A DNA stretch of 63,461 bases, filler included, from Vezdaea acicularis (taxonomy: Eukaryota), in NCBI GenBank assembly GCA_026025075.1. It is 3 parts of 3 records of this genome, joined end to end, with 100 filler letters (N's around TTAATTAATTAA, not from the genome) between each part and the next. Parts side by side here need not be neighbours in the genome. Positions count along the whole stretch, not along the records: positions 42,467 to 63,461 come from JAPEUI010000194.1; 2 more parts are not named here. One strand, given 5' to 3'. The notes beneath the pieces were generated by a model. That model worked only from the letters and a program-made list of their open reading frames with translations, made no database searches and was not told where the DNA came from. Of this stretch, positions 50,701 to 59,349 are shown piece by piece. Position 1 is the stretch's first letter. Each line of letters opens with the position of its first letter. The position numbers were made by a program, and so were the translations under genes.

Positions 50701-51869
50701 CCAGTTGGGCCGGTGACATTGCCGATACCCTTGACGTTTATGGTAATATCTTTAAAGAAACCGTTAGTACCCTGGTCTCCAGACGCAGAGAAGATGGTGA
50801 TTCCTGCTTCTGCAGCTTGCCGGAAAATGCTGGACATAGTTTGGAGATGCCCCGCTGTCCATGTGTCTTCATTGGAAGACCAACTATTTGACAGTACCGA
50901 AGGCTCAGGTTGCCCCTTATCAGGAAGTACAGCGGCTAGGAAGGCCTCCAGCCAGCCAGACACAGACAATGGGGCAAAGTAGCAAGCGATAGTTGCTCCG
51001 CTTGCAACGGTCCCGGCTACATCAATATCTAGAACCACTTCTCCATCAGAGATGCTTTGATTTTCAGCATTGCCCGCAAGTTTGTTGGCTCCTCCAGATA
51101 GAATGATCGTGGTCAGGTTGATGAGGGGCAGGCTCAGCGGAGGTACGTAACTGGCATTTACTGTGTTGGTGAAGGCATCAACGTCTGTAGGTCGTCCGGC
51201 GTTGATGGTGACTCCGCCACCGAACTCCAATACGCCGATAGTCTGCTCCGAAATGTTGGGCGGATTTGGAGGAAAGTTGTGCATATTTGCAACGTCAAGC
51301 GGTGTCAATGAACTGCCACTTGGCCCCAGATTGGCACCGGGGCCGCCAACGAGCCGACTCAAACGTCGATAAGCAGACCGCCGATTGTCCAGGCCAAAGA
51401 CACCTTCTATGAGATGGTGAACGTCCTTGGGAACATAGATGTGGCCCTCGCGCCCTCGGTAATGCTTCTGTACCTCATCTTCAGTCTCGTACTTGCCGAG
51501 ATTAACGGCAAAGGCATGGTTAATTTTGCTGACTGGGCCAGTCACAATGACAAGACGTCTGGCGGCATGAAGCTGCTCCACTTCGAGCTCCTTGGAGCGA
51601 GCAAAGGCAGCGACATGCTCCAGATCTGCCTGTGCAGCACCGTACTTTTCTCCTAGCTCTTTGCGGGACAGGAATTTGCGATGACCGGGCCTGGTGCGCT
51701 CCCAGTGAGAGTGATCGGGAGCGGGAGCTGCGCCGGGACAAAGTCGAATCCTGATCAGAACCCGGACTATTTCATGGGGGTCGGCATCGCTGACACGCTG
51801 AGCCCCTAGTGCCTTGGTCCGCTCACTGCCAGGCACAGCATGGTAGTTGTGTGGAGTGTGAGAAGCCAT
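47718..51869 (-). CDS. Intronless 1383-aa S53 sedolisin/kumamolisin-like peptidase with pro-domain and ~760-aa uncharacterised C-terminal extension; no signal peptide
   Basis: Pro-domain (FLSRKELGEKYGA, INHAFAV, GVFGLDNR); catalytic GEVVLDID, ASGDQG, GRGIPDIAG, SGTSEAAP; Ca-site WNCLTGLG. Confidence 0.88.
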   Translation of the reverse strand: MASHTPHNYHAVPGSERTKALGAQRVSDADPHEIVRVLIRIRLCPGAAPAPDHSHWERTRPGHRKFLSRKELGEKYGAAQADLEHVAAFARSKELEVEQLHAARRLVIVTGPVSKINHAFAVNLGKYETEDEVQKHYRGREGHIYVPKDVHHLIEGVFGLDNRRSAYRRLSRLVGGPGANLGPSGSSLTPLDVANMHNFPPNPPNISEQTIGVLEFGGGVTINAGRPTDVDAFTNTVNASYVPPLSLPLINLTTIILSGGANKLAGNAENQSISDGEVVLDIDVAGTVASGATIACYFAPLSVSGWLEAFLAAVLPDKGQPEPSVLSNSWSSNEDTWTAGHLQTMSSIFRQAAEAGITIFSASGDQGTNGFFKDITINVKGIGNVTGPTGDGNAHVLYPSTDPWVTACGGSKTSNVTWADTTTANNTFLEETWNAERKPDETTRGLTGGGISTFKDPSGNLVFPVPSWQQGFSPGFTVPPSINDGTTRGRGIPDIAGFAQGYPITVYGLPEPIGLSGTSEAAPLYAALIARINATLGFNVGYLNPTLYANSTSAGLFHNIADGPGVTNAFTFLAGQSTPGSLPIFNTTKGYQSLAPWNCLTGLGVLDGTKLIQLLAGGAISPSFFFSVSKNTYGSLEVSQNSTWTQAFSLVLDGFSLAQVTKNPTSSFQGTFVSQIPGIKIAPSAVNPWPIQELGGSDNSLQRITFPYDIIYPPNPTFPAVGSTSTLSLSASVQTSVAGFGTVPATAQFELVGGADPFFLNVSQQVQNPFWLSQDLRVLTVVPEMDSTPVSLNGNGPTWQTQSSNLYDTRGAYDYIKRLIIYLNGNFSDPTGSDPFTTLLPLSGGLTGDSSVLPYTIDPNTDQHYSNYNFAIARVRVSGVGTASVNTFFRLFLTASNDTDFQPGSTYATGPLGTVTATPKILNEDDPLTIPFFATGNYEANADFVAELDYIPGGPNNRLIQSNSANGIWTYFGCYLNVYNTSNTIGPNPVPSLLKGTHHCLVAEINYSGTPIPTGTSTQNSAQLAQRNLQITSSDNPGPPSAHRVPQTFDMRPSPPFDITRASNLLNLPDEIVIDWGNVPEGSTAMIYWPQVQATDVIALASYLYPTHELTAPDANTLRIHNVGQGKQSYIPVPSSALSQNFAGLFTIDLPQGVVAGQEFTAVVKRLTTKQAVVTAPPPEVPKLALAGEYRGPEVSNWRYMTGTFAVTIPVQKPAQILPREKDVLAIFKWRLSLMKPTNRWYPVFLRYIEYVSGRLTGLGGNPITVVPSPYGAPPIGPIGGGGHGGGHGGGHGSHEGHHGPHGSHHEEHTGKVEGLVYDRFGEFHDFIFITEHGDEHRFHTRAEKIEELVRLAWREQMLVTVLGERGDRVKPVEIVLRSWPRK

Positions 51870-52231
51870 GGTTGAATCAACCAGGTGCAGAGGAGATTTG
51901 GGGAAAATTTAAAATTTAAAGACAAATCGCAATGGCACTATATGGTGCTCTGAATGACCAAACTGTGAATACCAGTGAACGTGGATGGCGGAAACACTGC
52001 AGTTGAGCGAGGCTGGGAGGAGCTGAAATACGGTGAAAAAAGCAATGAGGAAACTTTCTCTCAGACTCAAGTCTGGAAATTGCATGGTACCATGACCAGG
52101 GCCATAAGCGGGGTAAAGCGGACGCCACCCTATCAAAGAGCTTACAGCAATGCCTTTTACCATCACACCACCATTCCACCAGTTGACGGGAGGAGGAAAG
52201 CCCTTGGTTACATGCAAGCCAAGACCTGTTG

Positions 52232-53002
52232 TCACCACTGTTCGGGAGCCTTGACCCTGGGACCATGGTATTCTTCTCTGATGATGCTGGAAAATGCTGA
52301 ATAGGAAAGTTGTGAAAGGAGGTGGTAATGGTGGTTTCGCCCCGCCTTTTCCCCAGAGGATTCCAAATCCAGGCTGCTGCTCACCGACATTGGAGAGGCT
52401 GGATACAATTTTGTCTCAAACATACTCCAGCTATGCCTCGTGTTCTGCTCGTAATGGTCGTTATCTGCAGCCGCGATGATTGTCAGATGTGCACCAGCAT
52501 AGATTTTGTTCATTGATGCGACTTGACTGAAAGTTCCTCCATCTCTGAAGTCGTCCTGAACGATGCAAAGTCTATCAACCTAGAGATACTGTTTGCCCAA
52601 GAGCTGAGTAAGCTCTATAGCATGTCTAATGGCCGTTGGTATTCGTTGAAAGACTGCCTCATCCAAAAATCCTGGACGCGCGAAATCCGATGCACTTTTC
52701 GTGTCAAGCAGTAAGGTATGAGGTTTGGGAGAGGAACTTGTTCGCGACTCAGGCCACACATAGCTCAGGGCCAAGTATTTGTCTGCCAAAAGGCCAGGTA
52801 TGATGCATCCTTGATAGGTGTCAACTAACCAGCAGGGAACCTCGTTTGGTGGACGCTGTCGGATTGGCTTTGCCACACATACGTCGCCGTGGAGTTCAGC
52901 ACAAGCAGCGAGCCATTTCTTGATAACAACGATGTATTGTGGAGCACCATCATTCAGCAGGTATGAGTTGTCTTGACGTTGCGCCGCGCCCTCTTCAGCC
53001 AT
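52232..53002 (-). pseudogene. HET-domain (PF06985-like) pseudogene with in-frame stop at 52580-52582
   Basis: WLVDT..YLALSYVW..IPTAIRHAI..QYL*VDRLCIVQDD..MNKIYAGAHLTIIAA; conserved W of LWVD is TAG; no downstream RGWTxQE seen. Confidence 0.82.
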
Positions 53003-53450
53003 TCCATGAAAGTCTAATCTGCCAAGACCACTTGATGGTTGTTAAATATGATCAGGCTTCTGAACCGTGTGGTACCCGTCATTGTATGCATGAGGGCAGT
53101 AAAATCTGCTGAAGCTGCAAGATCGTTGTTCTATTGGCTAGTCACTGATCACACCACAGAGATTGAAGAAGCCCCTGTTGGTCGAATTATCGAGGTATGT
53201 GGCATAAGCTGATAAGTATCGAGCCATTCAAGGAAGACCCTCATTCCTCATAGGCACCAATAGTTACGAAAGATTGAGTTCTGTGGCATAAAGCTGAAAG
53301 GTCTTGGGCTGTTCAGACAAACAAAAAGTCACTGGCTCTAGGCCACTTTACGCACAACATGCGTGAATTTTCAGCTTTGACTTTAAGGGCCACTTTTTGC
53401 TCTGGTTGGAGGATGTCGGGAAACGGGGGAATTTTCCGGCAGGGTTCGCG

Positions 53451-53505
53451 CAGCCACACGATCCGCAGCCACACTATCCACAGCCACACATATTGCAGCC
53501 ACATT
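53451..53505. repeat. 15-bp tandem repeat, ~4 copies (CAGCCACA core)
   Basis: CAGCCACACGATCCG CAGCCACACTATCCA CAGCCACACATATTG CAGCCACATT. Confidence 0.8.
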
Positions 53506-53749
53506 TGACCAGGATCTTTGATCGCTTGCTTTGGAGGTACCAGTCCATGTGGCGACATCGCATGATATAGCACAGCCTAGTCGCCACAGGGCTGACAATA
53601 TCTTCTTAGCATCGTAGGGAGACTTAGAAATCTATTTTTAACTGTTCTATGTATTTAGAAAGGGAAAAGTGCTTGACAGTAGTGATATAAGTCGAAGGGC
53701 TTGATTACACTATGAAGGGATGTTCCCCGCAAATCAGGTGCATGACAAC

Positions 53750-54014
53750 TGTCATGAACCTGCCCCCCCCGTGACCTCTCCTACGGCAAGCCTGCGCTAC
53801 CCCTGCGTCACGTGACCACCGTCATATGGCAAAGCGGGGAAGCGCTGTAGAATAGCTCCTTAGTATTCAATCGTATAGAGACTTACTATTGACTACTAAA
53901 CCATTCTATCATCTATTGCGTGCCGCCTGCGTGTCTGCTGCGTGCCCACTGCGTCCCCCATCACTTATCCGGATTGATCCTAGCCGCTCCCTGCTCGTAC
54001 GCTACATCCTTACA
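53750..54014 (+). repeat. 5' LTR (265 bp)
   Basis: TGTCATGAACC...CATCCTTACA; identical by eye to 61567-61831. Confidence 0.97.
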
Positions 54015-54017
54015 ATT

Positions 54018-54027
54018 ATTGAATACT
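54018..54027 (+). promoter_or_regulatory. Primer-binding site of self-priming (Tf1-like) type
   Basis: ATTGAATACT just after the 5' LTR is the reverse complement of AGTATTCAAT at 53862-53871 inside the LTR; no TGG tRNA-type PBS. Confidence 0.7.
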
Positions 54028-54057
54028 CTACCCTTGAGCAGCCGGCAGCAAGAGATC

Positions 54058-55251
54058 ATGACGGACACGACCCCTATGCCGACACGCCAGGCAGACGCAG
54101 GCTCCACGCAGGGTGAAGCATCGTCGGGTACTGCTCCTATCGCAAGCGCCGCATTGGAGGAGCAGGAGGGGCGCAGGACCCCCGCATCCGATGAAGAAAT
54201 GCCGGATCCTGAAGAACGAGAGGAAAAGATTGCACAAATGCAGAGGGAGGCGTATGAGGTGGAACGGAAGCAGGAGTATCGTCGTCTGCTACGTTCCAAG
54301 GAAAATGGCTATCTTTCTACGCAGTCCAACTCCTTCTCTCGCCGGGACGACTCAGGGGAGCCGCAGTTTAACCGCAGGGGCGTAAGCCCCTTGCAAGCGG
54401 AGGTCGAAGCAAAGCGCAGGAAGACTATCCGTGATGAGGAGAAGGATATACCTCTCCCCAGCGTCAAGGAGTACAAGGGCGAGAGCTACAAGGAATTCAG
54501 AGACTGGGAGAGGCAGTTGAAGGTTTGTTTTGAGACAAGACCTACCGCGTTCGATCGGGACTCCCAGAAGGTCAGGTTCGCGCGGGGGAAACTCACGGGC
54601 ACCGCAGGCGAGGCTTGGACTAGACTTGACCAAGGCAAAAGCTATAGTTGGGAAGAATTTATCCAGTTCTTGAAGAAGCAGATCACCTCAGATGCCGGCG
54701 CAGCCCTTGGGGATCTTACTGGCTGGTGCAACTGCAAGCAGGGGACCCGCACGGTCAGCGCAATCGTCAACGAGATCGATGACTTTGAGTCACGAATGGA
54801 GAAGTTTCCCGAAACCACTCGAATCAACATCCTCGTACTGGCGATGCGAGCATCGCTCCGCAAGGAGCTCATGAGGAACGGAGTACTCCCTGCTACGCGG
54901 GAAGCTGCCATTGCTCAGGCAATGACCCTTGAGACGGCTGAGCAGGAGGACCGCAGGCGCGACGCAGGGGCTCCGCTGGGGAGACAACCTTCTTCATGGA
55001 AATGGAAGGCTTCAGAGAAGAACACTACCAAGCCAGTCCCTTACCCAGCCTCAGGTGCCAACGTGGAGCCACCACGCAGTGCCTATGCAACTGAGTCGTT
55101 CAGTGCGCGGGTGCCATCGTCACCAAACATGGAGCGCAAGAAGAATGCTACTTGCCACTATTGTAACAGGAAGGGGCACTATCAGGCTGAGTGTCGCAAG
55201 ATGGCCGCAGAGACCACGCAGGCGCGGCAAGTAAAAGAGTCCGGGTCGTAG
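54058..55251 (+). CDS. gag: Retrotransposon Gag with CCHC zinc knuckle
   Basis: KVRFARGKLTGTAGEAW, WEEFIQFL, KQGTRTV, CHYCNRKGHYQAEC; first ATG after the LTR at 54058. Confidence 0.92.
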   Translation: MTDTTPMPTRQADAGSTQGEASSGTAPIASAALEEQEGRRTPASDEEMPDPEEREEKIAQMQREAYEVERKQEYRRLLRSKENGYLSTQSNSFSRRDDSGEPQFNRRGVSPLQAEVEAKRRKTIRDEEKDIPLPSVKEYKGESYKEFRDWERQLKVCFETRPTAFDRDSQKVRFARGKLTGTAGEAWTRLDQGKSYSWEEFIQFLKKQITSDAGAALGDLTGWCNCKQGTRTVSAIVNEIDDFESRMEKFPETTRINILVLAMRASLRKELMRNGVLPATREAAIAQAMTLETAEQEDRRRDAGAPLGRQPSSWKWKASEKNTTKPVPYPASGANVEPPRSAYATESFSARVPSSPNMERKKNATCHYCNRKGHYQAECRKMAAETTQARQVKESGS

Positions 55252-58200
55252 ACGTTGCCTCCGTCCTACTGACCCGCAATTCCAAGAAGGGAGCTCACAC
55301 CATGTTCATTTCCGTTGAGATACGCAGGGGTAACGCACCCGCCACGATCCTGAGAGCGCTGATTGACTCAGGGGCTTCGCTGAACTTCATCTCGCAGCTG
55401 AAGGTTAAGGAGTTGGGTCTCACGGGTAACGCAGACGCACCGCAGGGGATTCGCAGTCTTAGCGGGCACATCATCTCTACGTTTCAAACCCATGACCTCG
55501 AGACTCACATGGTAGACAGTAATGGCGAAGCCCGGCAAATGAAGGATGCCTACGTCGCCGCAAGTTTCACTGGCTGCGATCTCATACTAGGGATAACGTG
55601 GCTACAGGAACGAGATCCGGATATCCGATGGGCGGCCGAGACGCTGGTTTGGAGGAAGAACCTCAGCCCGAATACGCCGAACGCTGTGGAGATACTCTCT
55701 CCAATTGCCTTCGCGGCTTGCATAGCCGAGGAAGGTTTGAGGCCATACCACATAACGGCCACGCAAGTGCCACGCACGGGTACCGCAGGCGGCCTATTTG
55801 GAACAACCACGGAGGCTCCCCTGCCTAAGGAGTACGCCGACTTCGAGCGAGTGTTCTCTGAGGAGGGCGCCAATGAATTGGCGCCCCATGGACCTCAAGA
55901 TCATGAGATTGATACTCAAGGGAAACAGCCTCCATTCGGCCCGTTATACCCGCTATCAAATCTGGAGCTCAAGGCTCTGCGAGAATACATCAGCGACAAC
56001 CTTGCGAGGGGTTTTATACACCCCAGCACCTCGCCTGCGGGGGCACCCATCATCTTCGTTAAAAAGAAGGATGGTACCCTAAGGCTTTGCGTGGACTATA
56101 GGGGGCTAAACAAGATCACCCTGAAGAATCGCTATCCTTTGCCCCTTATCGGCGAGGCGCTAGATCGACTTGTGGGCGCCAAGGTCTATAGCAAGCTGGA
56201 TATTCGTTCAGCGTATAATCTCATACGGATAAAAGAGGGCGACGAGTGGAAGACTGCGTTCCGCACGCGGTACGGCCACTTTGAGTACAAAGTAATGCCT
56301 TTCGGCCTAGCAAATGCTCCAGCTACGTTCCAAAGCTATATTAACTACGTTCTACGCGACTTCCTAGATGTGTTTTGCATAGCGTACCTGGACGACATCT
56401 TGATATTCTCAGACAACCGAGACGAGCACACGCAGCAGGTACGCAGGGTCCTCGCACGTCTCTCTAAGCATCGACTATTTGCAAGACTAGATAAGTGCGA
56501 GTTCTACGTGAACCAGGTTGGCTTCGTAGGATTCGTCGTACAACCGGACGGCGTGGCCATGGAGCAGAGCCGGGTCGCGACGATCCGAGACTGGCCTCTG
56601 CCAAAGACTCATCGGGACATACAAGTCTTCTTAGGGTTTGCAAACTTCTACCGCAGGTTCATCGCAGGCTACTCGCAGGTGGCTCGACCCCTGAACGAGC
56701 TGCTGCGGGACTCAGTAAAGGGGAAGTTTCCAGGACGAACCTTAGTGATGTCTGAAGACGCCATACGGGCGTTTGAGGAGCTCAAGCAGTGCTTTGTGAC
56801 TGCGCCAGTCCTGCGGCACTACGACCCGGAGTTGCACATTCAGCTGGAAACCGATGCGTCTAAGTACGCCATCGCCGGAATCCTTTCGCAGCGAGACGCA
56901 GTAGAGGCGCAGGCGCATTGGCGGCCGGTCGCCTATTGGTCTCGCGGGCTCAAGGAGGCAGAACTGAACTACGGGGTCGGAGACGCAGAGATGCTGGCTA
57001 TCGTCGAAGCATGTAAACAGTGGCGCCACTACCTCGAAGGGGCCACGCATGCAGTACGCTGTATCACGGATCATGCGAACTTGACTACGTTCCTAAGCAC
57101 CAAGACCCTCAGGGGCAAATACGCCCGCTGGTGGGAGATACTATCGGCACTAGACCTAGATATCTCCTATCGAGCAGGGAAACTCAACCCAGCGGATGCA
57201 CCATCTCGGCGACCGGACTACGAGGAGCGAGCCCGGCGTGAAGAAGCCGCCGCTCTCGAGCACACAACCGGCAACGCCACGGGAGAGTCGACGCCCGTAG
57301 ACGTCGCATGCGTGACTGCTGCGGCCTTCCTGCGGCGTGACCTCAGAGAGATAGCATCTGATGAAGGACCTATACGGTCAAGCGTAGCAGGTCCCAACGC
57401 TACATCCTCCCTTCGCGTGTGGGCCACCTTCCGGCTTGCTAGAAGCGGCCGTCCATTGAAGGTGGTGCCTATCGGCGAAGTGCGAGAGAGCGCAAGAAGA
57501 GAGAGCGCATACGCAGACCCCACGCAGGAGTTTCGCGCGCTTATCTCAAAGCTTCAGAAAGACGATGCGTTCGCACAAGAATTGATCGCCTTCCTGCTGG
57601 CCTCCGAAGGACGCCGGGTAGCCGGCGCCGGGGGTGCACGGGGGGACGCAGGCGTACCGCAGGGGGTACCGCCTGGAGGCGAGGATCCCAAGTGGAAGGC
57701 TCATCAGGGGCTTCTATTCCACGATATTCAGATATACCTTCCACCTCCCTCGAGGGGCGAGGCAATGCGAAAGAACCACGATGATCCCCATGCGGGCCAC
57801 TTTGGATATCTTCGCACTTATGAGACAATAAGAAGAAAGTTTTATTGGCCAGGCATGTCAAAGGAGATCAAGCAGTATGTACGCACATGCAACGCATGTG
57901 CGCGCATCAAGACCACAAGGCATCAGCCTTACGGGGAGCTTCAGTCGCTACCAGCCCCTAAGGGCGTGTGGAAAGATCTTACCATGGACTTCATCACTGA
58001 CCTACCGCCTGCGGGACGCAGGGGTACCGCATATGATGCAATTTTAGTGGTTGTCGATCGCCACTCTAAGATGGCACGGTACATCCCCACGCGAAAGAGT
58101 TTGGATGCTGCGGGCCTTGCAGAGCTGTTCTACGAGTACATTTGGAGGGACTACGGGGTTCCAACGTCCATAGTATCAGATCGAGGAACCCAGTTTACCT

Positions 58201-59105
58201 CGAACTTCTGGTCTACCTTCTGCTTCCAGCTGGGTATTCGGCGTCGCCTGAGTACCGCATTTCACCCGCAGACGGACGGACAGACAGAACGACAGAACCA
58301 AACCCTCGAGCAGTACCTCCGTAGCTATATCAACTACCAGCAGGACGATTGGGTCGACTGGCTGGGAAGCGCGGAGTTTGCATATAATAACAGCGTCCAG
58401 GCCACGACAAAGCATACCCCCTTTTTCGCAGTTAGGGGCGATCACCCCAATACGGGCGATGAGATTCCGCGAGATGACTGCGACATGCCTGCGGTGGCCG
58501 TGCGTGTCGCAGCCCTTGTCGAGCTACGAGAGGAGATGGCAAGGCATTGGCAAGCCGCAGTAATGAAACAAGCGCAGTACTACGATTCCAATCACAAGCC
58601 TATGGATTATGCCATTGACGACAAGGTCTGGCTCTCCGGGAAGAACATCCGTACGGCGAGACCCTCTAAGAAGCTAGACTACAAGTACTATGGGCCATAT
58701 CGCATTAAGGACGTTGTAGGGGAGCAGGCGTACCGCCTAGACCTCCCTGTAGGATCCAAGATACATCCTGTGTTCCATGTGTCGCTGCTGGAACCCTTCA
58801 AAGAAGGCGAAGGACGCAGCGACGCGGGTGCGCTACCCCTGCGTGTCGCCGGTGACGACAGTCAAACTATCGGCGCAATCCTCAACAGCAAGCTACGCTA
58901 TGGTAGATTGCAGTACTTAGTATCCTACGAAGACAGGACGGAGGCCGAGAATCGATGGATCGCAGCGGATGAGATTGGAGCGACGCAGGCGCTGCGCAAC
59001 ATGGGCACAGCATTCCATGAGCGTTACCCCCTCAGGGCTGATAGGCTGACAGAAGATAAATATCAGAGAGGCCCTAGGAAAAAACGCAAACGTACAGCGA
59101 GATGA
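55191..59105 (+). CDS. pol: Retrotransposon Pol (protease, RT, RNase H, integrase, chromodomain), -1 frame relative to gag
   Basis: LIDSGAS, LRLCVDYRGLN, MPFGLANAP, YLDD, ETDAS, HDDPHAGH..CNAC, TMDFITDLP, IVSDRG, GQTER, GPY, LQYLVSYED chromodomain. Confidence 0.97.
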   Translation: MSQDGRRDHAGAASKRVRVVDVASVLLTRNSKKGAHTMFISVEIRRGNAPATILRALIDSGASLNFISQLKVKELGLTGNADAPQGIRSLSGHIISTFQTHDLETHMVDSNGEARQMKDAYVAASFTGCDLILGITWLQERDPDIRWAAETLVWRKNLSPNTPNAVEILSPIAFAACIAEEGLRPYHITATQVPRTGTAGGLFGTTTEAPLPKEYADFERVFSEEGANELAPHGPQDHEIDTQGKQPPFGPLYPLSNLELKALREYISDNLARGFIHPSTSPAGAPIIFVKKKDGTLRLCVDYRGLNKITLKNRYPLPLIGEALDRLVGAKVYSKLDIRSAYNLIRIKEGDEWKTAFRTRYGHFEYKVMPFGLANAPATFQSYINYVLRDFLDVFCIAYLDDILIFSDNRDEHTQQVRRVLARLSKHRLFARLDKCEFYVNQVGFVGFVVQPDGVAMEQSRVATIRDWPLPKTHRDIQVFLGFANFYRRFIAGYSQVARPLNELLRDSVKGKFPGRTLVMSEDAIRAFEELKQCFVTAPVLRHYDPELHIQLETDASKYAIAGILSQRDAVEAQAHWRPVAYWSRGLKEAELNYGVGDAEMLAIVEACKQWRHYLEGATHAVRCITDHANLTTFLSTKTLRGKYARWWEILSALDLDISYRAGKLNPADAPSRRPDYEERARREEAAALEHTTGNATGESTPVDVACVTAAAFLRRDLREIASDEGPIRSSVAGPNATSSLRVWATFRLARSGRPLKVVPIGEVRESARRESAYADPTQEFRALISKLQKDDAFAQELIAFLLASEGRRVAGAGGARGDAGVPQGVPPGGEDPKWKAHQGLLFHDIQIYLPPPSRGEAMRKNHDDPHAGHFGYLRTYETIRRKFYWPGMSKEIKQYVRTCNACARIKTTRHQPYGELQSLPAPKGVWKDLTMDFITDLPPAGRRGTAYDAILVVVDRHSKMARYIPTRKSLDAAGLAELFYEYIWRDYGVPTSIVSDRGTQFTSNFWSTFCFQLGIRRRLSTAFHPQTDGQTERQNQTLEQYLRSYINYQQDDWVDWLGSAEFAYNNSVQATTKHTPFFAVRGDHPNTGDEIPRDDCDMPAVAVRVAALVELREEMARHWQAAVMKQAQYYDSNHKPMDYAIDDKVWLSGKNIRTARPSKKLDYKYYGPYRIKDVVGEQAYRLDLPVGSKIHPVFHVSLLEPFKEGEGRSDAGALPLRVAGDDSQTIGAILNSKLRYGRLQYLVSYEDRTEAENRWIAADEIGATQALRNMGTAFHERYPLRADRLTEDKYQRGPRKKRKRTAR

Positions 59106-59349
59106 CGCGATATCCACGCAGGCCCCGCGCCAGCTCCACGTCCTATTCTCCCCAACACCCATAGCTTCTTCCTTAAGGGGTTGAAGCGTCAACGGGACAC
59201 GAGGAAGCTACAACGCGGATGTAGGCGGTGAGGCACGGGAGTTACAAACAGGCGGGAGGAGAAAGAAGCAGTCTATTGAGCTAGCTAAGTAAGTTAAGCA
59301 ACCTAAGGAGTCGGAGCTATCGGGACCCTTGGAACGAGGCATCCGCTAT

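Noticed and set aside
53383..53598. VAAxx peptide repeats upstream of the HET relic as an amyloid signalling motif
   Set aside because: Lacks the N/Q/G pattern of HRAM/PP/sigma motifs; explained by a 15-bp DNA tandem repeat
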